From the NCBI GenBank assembly GCA_950097015.1, contig CATNEN010000038.1, positions 15,562,001 to 15,626,000 of the forward strand: a DNA stretch of 64,000 nt, given 5' to 3'. Below, piece by piece: positions 13,101 through 24,545 of this stretch; within the stretch, counting starts at the first letter, position 1, and the number at the start of each line of letters is the position of its first letter. Source of the stretch: Macrostomum hystrix. Its lineage: Eukaryota; Animalia; Platyhelminthes. Below the pieces are notes generated by a model that did no database searches, was not told the origin of the DNA, and worked only from the letters and a program-made list of their open reading frames with translations. The position numbers were made by a program, and so were the translations under genes.

Positions 13101-16100
13101 GACTAGCAATCCATTCAGGTCATTCACTCATGAGATAGACTAGCAATCCATTCAGGTCATTCACTCACGAGATAGACTAGCAATCCATTCAGGTCATTCA
13201 CTCATGAGATAGATTAGCAATCCATTCAGGTCATTCACTCATGAGATAGACTAGCAATCCATTCAGGTCATTCACTCATGAGATATACTAGCAATCCATT
13301 CAGGTCATTCACTCATGAGATAGACTAGCAATCCATTCAGGTCATTCACTCATGAGATAGACTAGCAATCCATTCAGGTCATTCACTCATGAGATATACT
13401 AGCAATCCATTCAGGTCATTCACTCATGAGATAGACTAGCAATCCATTCAGGTCATTCACTCATGAGATAGACTAGCAATCCATTCAGGTCATTCACTCA
13501 TGAGATAGACTAGCAATCCATTCAGGTCATTCACTCATGAGATAGACTAGCAATCCATTCAGGTCATTCACTCATGAGATAGACTAGCAATCCATTCAGG
13601 TCATTCACTCATGAGATAGACTAGCAATCCATTCAGGTCATTCACTCATGAGATAGACTAGCAATCCATTCAGGTCATTCACTCATGAGATAGACTAGCA
13701 ATCCATTCAGGTCATTCACTCACGAGATAGACTAGCAATCCATTCAGGTCATTCACTCATGAGATAGATTAGCAATCCATTCAGGTCATTCACTCATGAG
13801 ATAGACTAGCAATCCATTCAGGTCATTCACTCATGAGATATACTAGCAATCCATTCAGGTCATTCACTCATGAGATAGACTAGCAATCCATTCAGGTCAT
13901 TCACTCATGAGATATACTAGCAATCCATTCAGGTCATTCACTCATGAGATAGACTAGCAATCCATTCAGGTCATTCACTCATGAGATAGACTAGCAATCC
14001 ATTCAGGTCATTCACTCATGAGATAGACTAGCAATCCATTCAGGTCATTCACTCATGAGATATACTAGCAATCCATTCAGGTCATTCACTCATGAGATAT
14101 ACTAGCAATCCATTCAGGTCATTCACTCATGAGATAGACTAGCAATCCATTCAGGTCATTCACTCATGAGATATACTAGCAATCCATTCCGTCCTCTGCT
14201 CACGTCACTCTCTCCCAAGCAATCTGGCTGATAGGTTTCAAGTTCGAATCCTGTGGTGTCGGTGGGGCCAGCTCCGGATATGCAGAATCGCACAAATCTC
14301 TCAGCGTCCTTCTGTGGCGCCACTCGCTTACACTGAGGCAGCACTGATTCAAATCGACTTTTGATTGAGTCCATCTGCCAAGAGAATGCGTTAGTCATTG
14401 TGATACTATTAGTTTTATTATTAGTGAGACTTATTAATTGCTTATTGGATTAAAACTAAACACCTGTTCAATAATCCCCTGATTAACATAATACCTAATG
14501 CAGATAATCCATGATAAGTAGCTCGTATAATATACCTGATCCAGATAATCTCTGATGCAGATAATCCCTGATGCAGATAATCCCTGATGCAGATAATCCC
14601 TGATACAGATAATCCTTGATGCAGATAATCAATGATGTAGATAATCCCTCATTCAGATAATCCCTGATACAGATAATCCCTGATACAGATAATCCCTGAT
14701 ACAGATAATCCCTGATGCAGATAATCTCTGATGCAGATAATCCCTGATACAGATAATCCTTGATGCAGATAATCAATGATGTAGATAATCCCTCATTCAG
14801 ATAATCCCTGATACAGATAATCCCTGATGCAGATAATCCCTGATGCAGATAATCCCTGATGCAGATAATCCCTGATGAAGATAATCCCTGATGCAGATAA
14901 TCCCTGATGTAGATAATCCCTGATGCAGATAATCAATGATGCAGATAATCCCTGATACAGATAATCCCTGATACAGATAATCCCTGATACAGATAATCCC
15001 TGATACAGATAATCCCTGATACAGATAATCTCTGATACAGATAATCCCTGATGCAGATAATCCCTGATACAGATAATCTCTGATACAGATAATCCCTGAT
15101 GCAGATAATCCCTGATGCCCAAATTTTGAGTTTACTCACTGCAGACATGCGCAGATAGCAGTGTGACACCAGAGCGCTGTTCAACATATTCACGGCATCG
15201 ATTTCAATTTCCTCCAGTTCCTGAATTAGGGAAAACAAAACAAAAAAACAAAAAGTCATTAAACTTGAAAAATATGTCCAAAACAAATTCAAGTATCATA
15301 TTCCACTGTCTCATCTGAATCTCCCACTGTCTCATCTGAATCTCTCACTGTCTCATCTGAATCTCTCACTGTCTCATCTGAATCTCTCACTGTCTCATCT
15401 GAATCTCTCACTGTCTCATCTGAATCTCTCACTGTCTCATCTGAATCTCTCACTGTCTCATCTGAATCTCTCACTGTCTCATCTGAATCTCTCACTGTCT
15501 CATCTGAATCTCTCACTGTCTCATCTGAATCTCCCACTGTCTCATCTGAATCTCTCACTGTCTCATCTGAATCTCTCACTGTCTCATCGGAATCTCTCAC
15601 TGTCTCATCTGAATCTCTCACTGTCTCATCTGAATCTCTCACTGTCTCATCTGAATCTCCCACTGTATCACCTGAATCTCCCACTGTCTCATCTGAATCT
15701 CTCACTGTCTCATCTGAATCTCTCACTGTCTCATCTGAATCTCTCACTGTCTCATCTGAATCTCCCACTGTATCACCTGAATCTCCCACTGTCTCATCTG
15801 AATCTCTCACTGTCTCATCTGAATCTCTCACTGTCTCATCTGAATCTCTCACTGTCTCATCTGAATCTCTCACTGTCTCATCTGAATCTCTCACTGTCTC
15901 ATCTGAATCTCTCACTGTCTCATCTGAATCTCTCACTGTCTCATCTGAATCTCTCACTGTCTCATCTGAATCTCTCACTGTCTCATCTGAATCTCCCACT
16001 GTCTCATCTGAATCTCTCACTGTCTCATCTGAATCTCCCACTGTCTCATCTGAATCTCCCACTGTCTCATCTGAATCTCCCACTGTCTCATCTGAATCTC

Positions 16101-18171
16101 TCACTGTCTCATCTGAATCTCTCACTGTCTCATCGGAATCTCTCACTGTCTCATCTGAATCTCCCCCTGACTCGGCTGTGCACTCTCACCTGCAGCATGC
16201 CGGGAAAATTTCCCAGGTGCACTTCTTGTCGAATTCTATTAACAGCGTGCAAGCTAAGCACGTATCGATTGTGCGAATTGAGCAGGTCTGACACCAGCCT
16301 AGCTGTATTTCTACTTTCGTTGGCGTAGCTAGCGTACTTTCTGTTGAAGTCCTGCAGTCGTTCCTGACATTCGGTTGCGTTCTCCTCGGCCACGGCCTCC
16401 ATCTTGGCCCGCAGTGTGAAGATCTTGGCAGATTGATCGGCCTTATGCGATGATAGGTCACTTAATGGTGCTTTCACACTGCTAGTCAGTTCAGCTGATA
16501 GGCGCAAATAGGCCTGTGAGTTTAGTTTGAATAATTTAAAATATTCTGCTTCAAAACAGCGAATACGGTATTTAGCAAAGCTTGATGCAGCAGCCAATCA
16601 GAGCGCATCGTGTTTGACGTGAGTGAGACAGAATTTAGAAATTCTGGCCAAGCCAATAAATTGAAGGAGGGAGGTTAGACTTGGCGTTTAATATATTAAC
16701 AAGTCACGTGACTAATAATTTTCGCAAATTCAGAGGGGAGCCAATCGCAGCGTGTCATTTACGCTCGTAGATGAGTCAGACTAAGATTGGGTAAGGAAAA
16801 ACTGGCCTAGCCAATAGCAGAACGAGGAGAGAGGTGGGCTAAGGCTAAGTGCCAGAAGGCCAGGAGATAAGATAAAATGATGGCAAAACATTCTCACCTT
16901 TGCCTCCTCGTGCATCTGTTTCAGTAGTGCGAACCACGCGTCCAGCACGGACGCTGAGCAGGACTGAAAGCTACTGTGATAAGAACACAGTTAAATGACA
17001 AAGTTTGATAAGAAAACTTTATGTTCTACCTTAATACTATAAGTAGAGCGAATGAGGGTAAAATAAAAAATAACCGTACCTTTGAGGACCAGCTACAAGT
17101 TCCGATTTTCTCTGGTATTCATCGAGTAGCTCTTCAAATTGAAGGCCCATAGTGCAGTACAGGTGGGCAGCTTGCTCAGTAAACTCAGCGACTGAAAATT
17201 TGAATTTGAGTTTTTAGTCGAAAACAAATAGAAATCATGAAAGGATGCAGAATAGGCGGCACATCAAAGGATGCAGAATAGGCGGTACATAAAAGTATAC
17301 AGAAAAGGCGCCACATCAAAGGATACAGAAAGGGCGGCACATCAAAGGATACATAATAGGCGCCACATCAAAGGATACAGAATAGGCGGCACATCAAAGG
17401 ATGCAGAATAGGCGACACATCAAAGGATGCAGAACAGGTGGCACATCAAAGGATACAGAAAGGGCGGCACATCAAAGGATGCAGAATAGGCGACACATCA
17501 AAGGATGCAGAACAGGTGGCACATCAAAGGATACAGAAAGGGCGGCACATCAAAGGATACAGAATAGGCGGCACATCGAAGGATACAGAATAGGCGGCAC
17601 ATCAAAGGATGCAGAATAGGCGACACATCAAAGGATGCAGAACAGGTGGCACATCAAAGGATACAGAAAGGGCGGCACATCAAAGGATGCAGAATAGGCG
17701 ACACATCAAAGGATGCAGAACAGGTGGCACATCAAAGGATACAGAAAGGGCGGCACATCAAAGGATACAGAATAGGCGGCACATCGAAGGATACAGAATA
17801 GGCGGCACATCAAAGGATACAGAATAGGTGGTACATCAAAGGATACAGAATAGGCGGCACATCAAAGGATACAGAATAGGCGGCACATCAAAGGATACAG
17901 AATAGGCGGCACATCAAAGGATACGAATCGGCGGCAAATCAAAAGATATACTAAGGCTCTATTTGACTGGCAAGAGCCAAAGGCCCGCTGCAGCAAGAAG
18001 TTAAGAAAATACGGAATGTACATAGCTGTACAAAGACAATGACTAACCGATCTTGACCAGCTGCAGGGTAGAGCTAATTTGCCCCTGAATGGCTGGCTGA
18101 AAGTTGGGCAAAGACAGTCGATGAAAGCTGAGCCTGTACTGCCCGCCGTAGGCCTCGCCTTGGTGAGTCAT
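2610..18171 (-). CDS. F-BAR/FX-domain adaptor, Stac-like (Dstac-type), ~668 aa as assembled; C1/SH3 exons not seen in the window
   Basis: Phase-consistent GT-AG exons: 18171-18048, 17191-17080, 16973-16898, 16513-16190, 15220-15140, 14374-14204, 12620-12469, 11831-11720, 8395-8123, 6067-6025, 5023-4892, 3016-2610 (2007 nt). The N-terminus is F-BAR-like (SVLDAWFALLKQMHEEAK...HNRYVLSLHAVN...FPGMLQELEEI). LKNELVVDRLTVADL resembles the Fes/Fer FX region; DVDPVYSLLK resembles the STAC 'VDPVYETL' motif. The frame is open upstream of the ATG to an acceptor at 18232, so the start is uncertain. Confidence 0.75.
2757..2789 (-). repeat. (CAG)11 coding microsatellite giving polyQ in the Stac-like terminal exon
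   Basis: (CTG)11 on the + strand. Confidence 0.9.
3042..3969. repeat. Minisatellite of interspersed 11/12-bp units (CTGATCTACTG / CTAGATTTACAG)
   Basis: Direct inspection. Confidence 0.93.
4472..4665 (+). mobile_element. SINE family B, 5'-truncated copy
   Basis: Homologous to 51150-51445 and 33780-34003 (GTACACTGCCCGACGATGA...GTGCTCAGGA.TCAGCG...CTAGTGTCAC...GCAGCCCT). Confidence 0.75.
5155..5870. repeat. 42-bp minisatellite (GAAGGTGTTCAGTTGATCTACTTCAGCAACTGTTGAGAAACT), ~17 copies
   Basis: Direct inspection. Confidence 0.93.
6162..7138. repeat. 16-bp minisatellite (ACTGTCTAACACACTC), ~60 copies
   Basis: Direct inspection. Confidence 0.95.
7765..8112. repeat. ~42-47-bp degenerate minisatellite (AAGGAGTGAGGTGGTTGGCTTACTTAAACCCGATTGGATAGCC)
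   Basis: About 8 copies, ending ~10 nt from the donor at 8122. Confidence 0.88.
8511..9071 (-). CDS. Probable alternative first coding exon of the Stac-like gene (Ser/Arg-rich N-terminus, short isoform lacking F-BAR)
   Basis: GC-rich ORF from ATG 9071 (MQEERAPTPSR...SEQNYK). Donor AAA|GTACAA at 8510 joins in phase 0, over a 115-nt intron, to exon 8395. Confidence 0.6.
9667..10191. repeat. (GATA)n microsatellite with GAGA/GACA variants
   Basis: Direct inspection. Confidence 0.97.
10495..11706. repeat. 21-bp minisatellite (AATCAGTCTAACAGGTGAGAC)
   Basis: Direct inspection; same family as 19164-19858. Confidence 0.95.
12723..14188. repeat. 37-bp minisatellite (ATGAGATAGACTAGCAATCCATTCAGGTCATTCACTC), ~39 highly homogeneous copies
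   Basis: Direct inspection. Confidence 0.96.
14495..15117. repeat. 16-bp minisatellite (TGATGCAGATAATCCC)
   Basis: Direct inspection. Confidence 0.94.
15303..16164. repeat. 21-bp minisatellite (ACTGTCTCATCTGAATCTCTC), ~41 copies
   Basis: Direct inspection. Confidence 0.96.
17240..17945. repeat. 26-bp minisatellite (AAAGGATACAGAATAGGCGGCACATC) with an internal 208-bp higher-order duplication
   Basis: Direct inspection; near-identical ORFs at 17401 and 17609. Confidence 0.94.
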
Positions 18172-18394
18172 AGCGTTGCTATGACGACGACGTGAGGAGC
18201 TTCGCTTTTCCGCCGTGTTATAGCTATTATAACTAAAATAGGAGAATGAACAAATCAGTTTTGGTGCGATTTTCTTTCTATTCTACTAAGAAAAAGTAGT
18301 AGTGGAGTAGTGAATGAATTGCGACTTTTAGTTGGGCGAAGGAAAGTGCTTTTAGTAGGTTTTGTCAGCGAATGAAATGAATAATAATAATGAA

Positions 18395-18555
18395 GAGGGA
18401 CAGGGTGAGGGTGACGGAGAGGGTGAGCGAGAGCGAGTGGGAGAGGGAGAGGGTGAGGGATAGGGAGAGGAGAGGGTGAGGGTGAGGGAGAGGGTGAGGG
18501 AGAGGGAGAGGGTGAGGGAGTGGGAGAGGGTGAGGGGGAGGGTGAGGGGGAGGGA
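18395..18555. repeat. (GAGGGT/GAGGGA)n purine-rich simple repeat
   Basis: Direct inspection. Confidence 0.85.
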
Positions 18556-19163
18556 TTATGGGGAAGGCATGACGGATGGGCTGTGGAATCTCGGCACCGG
18601 GACGACCTGCAGTTTTGATTTACGGATCTCGTACTCAAGTCGTACAATGCTGCGGTCATCAAGATTTACATGGCATGAAAATTATTTTCACTTACTATAT
18701 TATATTATGCATTATAATGTTTTTTGTTTATTCCAGAAACGGTTCTATTCACTATAGTGTAAAGCAGTATCAATTAAATGTTGTAGCAGACTGTCAGCTA
18801 ACTCAGTGTGGGAATTTTGTAGCAGATTTCAGAGTCTCAACTGTAGCCGTTGCTAATGTTATATTAGGTTTCATCTAGCCTGCTGTATGTCTTATCCGGA
18901 TTTAAACAGCTCTAGCTTTCGCAGAATTAACAGAAATTCACTTTTAAGGATTTTTCGCATCAGCGGCTTAGAAACAAATCATATTAGGCGGACTTTTCAG
19001 AAAATTTTCATTCAGACTTTTTGTTGCTAATCCATTTTTAATCAGTGCGTGATAATGCGTCACAGGTTTAATCCTGAATAAGGCTAAACGAAAATTGACG
19101 AATTAATTTGCTCTATTAAGTTCATGACGCAGTTGTTCAGAACAGCAAGAAAATGCTCAGTAA

Positions 19164-19858
19164 AATCAGTCTAACAGGTGAGACAATCAGTCTAACAGGT
19201 GAGATAATCAGTCCAACAGGTGAGACAATCAGTCGAACAGGTGAGACAATCAGTCTAACAAGTGAGACAATCAGTCCAACAGGTGAGATAATCAGTCTAA
19301 CAGGTGAGACAATCAGTCTAACAGGTGAGATAATCAGTCCAACAGGTGAGACAATCAGTCCAACAGGTGAGACAATCAGTCCAACAGGTGAGACAATCAG
19401 TCCAACAGGTGAGACAATCAGTCCAACAGGTGAGACAATCAGTCCAACAGGTGAGACAATCAGTCCAACAGGTGAGATAATCAGTCCAACAGGTGAGACA
19501 ATCAGTCCAACAGGTGAGATAATCAGTCCAACAGGTGAGATAATCAGTCTAACAGGAGAGATAATCAGTCTAACAGGGGAGACAACCAGTCTAACAGGTG
19601 AGACAATCAGTCTAACAGGTGAGACAATCAGTCTAACAGGTGAGACAATCAGTCTAACAGGTGAGATAATCAGTCTAACAGGTGAGACAATCAGTCTAAC
19701 AGGTGAGATAATCAGTCTAACAGGTGAGACAATCAGTCTAACAGGTGAGACAATCAGTCTAACAGGTGAGACAATCAGTCTAACAGGTGAGACAATCAGT
19801 CTTACAGGTGAGACAATCGGTCAGACAGGTGAGACAATCTGTCAGACAGGAATCAGTC
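19164..19858. repeat. 21-bp minisatellite (AATCAGTCTAACAGGTGAGAC)
   Basis: Same unit as 10495-11706. Confidence 0.95.
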
Positions 19859-20399
19859 CAGCATTGCTTAGTTAAGTTATTTAAAATAAAGGATTCGATT
19901 TTCACAAGACTCAAGCATTTCCAACCTGCCCGTCCTTGTTTTTCCTCTTCCGCTTAAATATCTGCTTTCTCTTTAACAATGATATATTTTTTCTGCCCCT
20001 AACAAAAATATATCACGAGAAAGAAATTCTGCCTTGCCCACAATACAATTTCGTGACTGGTTTTCGCTTTAATTAAGAGCCTATGCGAGTCATCTCTCTC
20101 CAGCCTCACTTTATCCGCGCCTATTTTGCCCCAGTCGCTAAGCAGTAGAAAATACATTCTAGAAAAGCGTTTCGGTGAAACAAAAAACGCAGGAAAATAT
20201 TGCTTTTTTTCCTATACAAATTGCTTTCAGTTACTTCTCGACAAATGAATGTTGCCAATATATGAATTTGTGAAAGCTCTATGCGGTATGTCATATTGGG
20301 TGCGACCGTCGTAAAACAGGGCTAAATTGCTTGCTCTTTTATGCGGAGTTAAGTACTCTACTTCCATCAATTTTATTGTATTACACCTTCTATCTATAG

Positions 20400-20890
20400 A
20401 GGTGAGTGCCTAGGTCTAACAGGAGAGCGTATAGGTCTAACAGGTGAGCGTATATGTCTAACAGGAGAGCGTATATGTCTAACAGGAGAGCGTATATGTC
20501 TAACAGGTGAGTGTTTGTGTCTAACAGGTGAGCGTATATGTCTAACAGGAGAGCGTATATGTCTAACAGGTGAGTGTTTGTGTCTAACAGGTGAGCGTAT
20601 ATGTCTAACAGGAGAGCGTATATGTCTAACAGGTGAGCGCTTGTGTCTAACAGGTGAGCGTTTGTGCCCAACAGGTGAGCATTTGTGCCCAACAGGTGAG
20701 CATTTGTGCCCAACAGGTGAGCATTTGTGCCCAACAGGTGAGCGTTTGTGCCTAACAGGTGAGTGTTTTTGCCTAACAGGTGAGTGTTTGTGTCTAACAG
20801 GTGAGCGTTTGTGTCTAACAGGTGAGCGTTTGTGTCTAACAGGTGAGCGTTTGTGTCTATCAGGTGAGTGTTTGTGTTTAACAGGTGAGT
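20400..20890. repeat. 21-bp minisatellite (GTCTAACAGGTGAGCGTTTGT), related core
   Basis: Shares GTCTAACAGGTGAG with the two arrays above. Confidence 0.93.
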
Positions 20891-21434
20891 CGGATGAAAA
20901 TCGGCTTGAACAAGCAGCAGCAGCTGCAACTGTTTCACCCCAGAAATGACAGAATAACGCTGCGCCCCAATCGGAGCCAGAAGCCAGAATTAGGAGTCAA
21001 GCAAAAGCAAATTGATTGCAATTAGAGGCAACACTATAGTACACAAATTTTGTCGCAAGCCTATCCATGATCAGATGCAATTCCTATATATTCCGAGCAT
21101 AGATTGAGCAGTTGGGAAACGCTCGAGCAGTGAAGGAGTGGGAATTTGCCCGTGTCTGGGAGCTCAGAAGCGGAAATAGACTCCACCCTGATCCGCATTT
21201 TCTTCCTATTCTATAAAAAACCAACAGGCACTGGCCTCTCCAATAACCATGGCAGCTGTTCCTCCTAGCTGCCTAATTATATTTCATTAGGCTTCCAGAA
21301 GCAAAATATTTTACTTGGCCACGCCCTTAGACTCAGCACAATATCCCCTAGCCAAGATTTGAGCAGTTATCACAACTGATAAAAATTCATAGTTTACACG
21401 ACTCCGATTGAGTATGAAGCCTTATAAAGATTCA

Positions 21435-22897
21435 ATTCATTCCATTGTGGATTGAGGATTAAGCTTCGTGGGATAATCCATTCATTCCATTGTGGATTGA
21501 GGATTAAGCTTCGTGGGATAATTTATTCATTCCATTGTGGATTGAGGATTAAGCTTCGTGGGATAATCCATTCATTCTATTGTGGATTGAGGATTAAGCT
21601 TCGTGGGATAATCCATTCATTCTATTGTGGATTGAGGATTAAGCTTCGTGGGATAATCCATTCATTCCATTGTGGATTGAGGATTAAGCTTCGTGGGATA
21701 ATCCATTCATTCCATTGTGGATTGAGGATTAAGCTTCGTGGGATAATCCATTCATTCCATTGTGGATTGAGGATTAAGCTTCGTGGGATAATTTATTCAT
21801 TCCATTGTGGATTGAGGATTAAGCTTCGTGGGATAATCCATTCATTCTATTGTGGATTGAGGATTAAGCTTCGTGGGATAATCCATTCATTCCATTGTGG
21901 ATTGAGGATTAAGCTTCGTGGGATAATTTATTCATTCTATTGTGGATTGAGGATTAAGCTTCGTGGGATAATCCATTCATTCCATTGTGGATTGAGGATT
22001 AAGCTTCGTGGGATAATCCATTCATTCCATTGTGGATTGAGGATTAAGCTTCGTGGGATAATCCATTCATTCCATTGTGGATTGAGGATTAAACTTCGTG
22101 GGATAATTTATTCATTCCATTGTGGATTGAGGATTAAGCTTCGTGGGATAATCCATTCATTCTATTGTGGATTGAGGATTAAGCTTCGTGGGATAATCCA
22201 TTCATTCCATTGTGGATTGAGGATTAAGCTTCGTGGGATAATTTATTCATTCCATTGTGGATTGAGGATTAAGCTTCGTGGGATAATCCATTCATTCTAT
22301 TGTGGATTGAGGATTAAGCTTCGTGGGATAATCCATTCATTCCATTGTGGATTGAGGATTAAGCTTCGTGGGATAATCCATTTATTCCATTGTGGATTGA
22401 GGATTAAGCTTCGTGGGATAATCCATTCATTCCATTGTGGATTGAGGATTAAGCTTCGTGGGATAATCCATGCATTCCATTGTGGATTGAGGATTAAGCT
22501 TCGTGGGATAATCCATTCATTCCATTGTGGATTGAGGAAGTTAGCTTCGTGGGATAATCCATTCATTCCATTGTGGATTGAGGATTAAGCTTCGTGGGAT
22601 AATCCATGCATTCCATTGTGGATTGAGGATTAAGCTTCGTGGGATAATCCATGCATTCCATTGTGGATTGAGGATTAAGCTTCGTGGGATAATCCATTCA
22701 TTCCATTGTGGATTGAGGATTAAGCTTCGTGGGATAATCCATTCATTCCATTGTGGATTGAGGATTAAGCTTCGTGGGATAATCCATTCATTCCATTGTG
22801 GATTGAGGATTAAGCTTCGTGGGATAATTTATTCATTCCATTGTGGATTGAGGATTAAGCTTCGTGGGATAATCCATTCATTCCATTGTGGATTGAG
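21435..22897. repeat. 45-bp minisatellite (ATTCATTCCATTGTGGATTGAGGATTAAGCTTCGTGGGATAATCC), ~32 copies
   Basis: Direct inspection. Confidence 0.96.
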
Positions 22898-23729
22898 GGT
22901 CTTAAAGACAGTTAATCGTTTCCATTTTATCATTTCCCCCTGCACTAAATTTGCAAGCAAAATGTGGTCAAATCTGATGACTTACCAAAGCTCAACTAAT
23001 TGTGTTTTTTTAATTAAACGAGTTCCACCTCTCGCAAACGTGTTTAGCAGTAGAGAGCTTTGGCGGTATTTGTTTCTGGTCGACTGTCTGATAAACAGCG
23101 TGTTAGATTGGGTTAAGCATCTTAGCCAATCAGAGATCAGTAAGACATAATCATGCAGTACGCGAATTGATTTCTTTCCATAGCAGCAGCGATTCATAGT
23201 TTTGCGCGAAGGCATTGAATCAAGGAAAAGAGTATTATTAGATATAGATCGAGGTAACAGGCATGCTGGTATGGGGAAAGCGGTAGAGATTCAACCTTGG
23301 GATTACAGGGGGTAGGGAGACTGGGAGAGAGAGAGCTGGATTTGATTCGAGGTGGATGGAGTGAGGCAGGCAGATTGAGTACTGGGATGGATTTGAAGAT
23401 GAAGCTAGGGAAGGATTCTGCAGTGCCGCGGGCTGCGGGCGGAGGTGAGCGCTAGGTTTTTTAAGTCGTGTTTTCATCTTTATTGAGACAGGCCGCCCCG
23501 ATTGAGATCTGAATCTCTGTGAGCTGTCGGCTTGTATACGCATTAGTTCTATGTACAATATATTTTTCCCAGCTTGAAAAAATAAAATCATTCGCTTCAA
23601 CAATAGCTTTTCGTGGCTTTAGAAAAGTCTGTATAGCAGAAATGGCTGATTATACCGTAATAATAGCAGTGCCTGTTCATTCCCATATAGTAATTGCTTA
23701 CAAAATTAGGGACACAGTAGCACCCCTAT

Positions 23730-23940
23730 AGAGGGGTGTCGGACACACGATTTGAAGGTCGGTGGTTCGATTCCTGACTCCATTGGAACAATTTGCGTCC
23801 TTTAGCAAGATACTTAACTCTGTATTGCTCTAGTTCACCCAGCTGTTAACAGTAGAAAGTAGACAGTAGATTTTAAATAGACTGCGTGTCCATGGACTGA
23901 ACAGCCGTACACGCAGTCTCTTGAATTGCTGGGGCTGTGA
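23730..23940 (+). mobile_element. tRNA-derived SINE family A, degenerate copy
   Basis: B box GGTTCGATTCC, CORE-like GTCCTTTAGCAAGATACTTAAC and GTCCATGGACTGAACAGCCG, all shared with 62751-63055. Confidence 0.8.
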
Positions 23941-24545
23941 ATGTGACCCAACTGGGTTAGATGTAAAATTTGAAGCCAACCCATTTAATTAAAGTGCAAA
24001 ATAGGGCGAAATGACAGGTTGTTATCCAGGCCAGCACTATAGACCGTTAATTAGTCAGGAAAGACCCTGGATTTATTCTCCCCACATCCACTTTCAACTA
24101 ACATTACCATACTCCGAGAGAACAAACTGGACTTCAGGCCAACCCGATACTCAGTTGGCGCTTAGGAGTAGCTAGACTAGTACAATTCGCACCAACCGAA
24201 TCTGTTCAACCTCTGATTCAGCAGGCTCAGCCCAACCCGCAGATTTAATTTTCAATTTCAACTGCACGAAATCATTGTGCAGAAGCGAGTTTAATTTACA
24301 ATAGCTCTAGAAAAACTTGATAGACACGACTGTTCTGTGCTAGCTGCGAACAATTCTAAATCACGTCTGATTTAATTAGAAAACAACTGAATACCGCCTG
24401 TCACCTTCAAATGATAAAGACTACAAAATCTTAAATAATAAACATTTGAGGCGTTGTCAAAATCTAGCTCACCGAGGAAAATGTTTTTAATCACAAAACA
24501 TAATCAACGCTGAATATTCGACAGAATATTTCGCAAAAAAAACTG

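Noticed and set aside
15289-16146. (RDSDETV)n 285-aa ORF
   Set aside because: Intronic 21-bp repeat. Read-through from the upstream exon stops at 16151, so it is not continuous with the gene.
19153-20949. (ISLTGET)n and (CLTGER)n ORFs
   Set aside because: Translations of the 21-bp minisatellite family, which also occurs with stops at 10495-11706.
21452-23150. 378-aa and 190-aa ORFs (RIKLRGIIHSFHCGL)n
   Set aside because: Stop-free frame of a 45-bp repeat; no ATG start, a frameshift mid-array, and no splice context.
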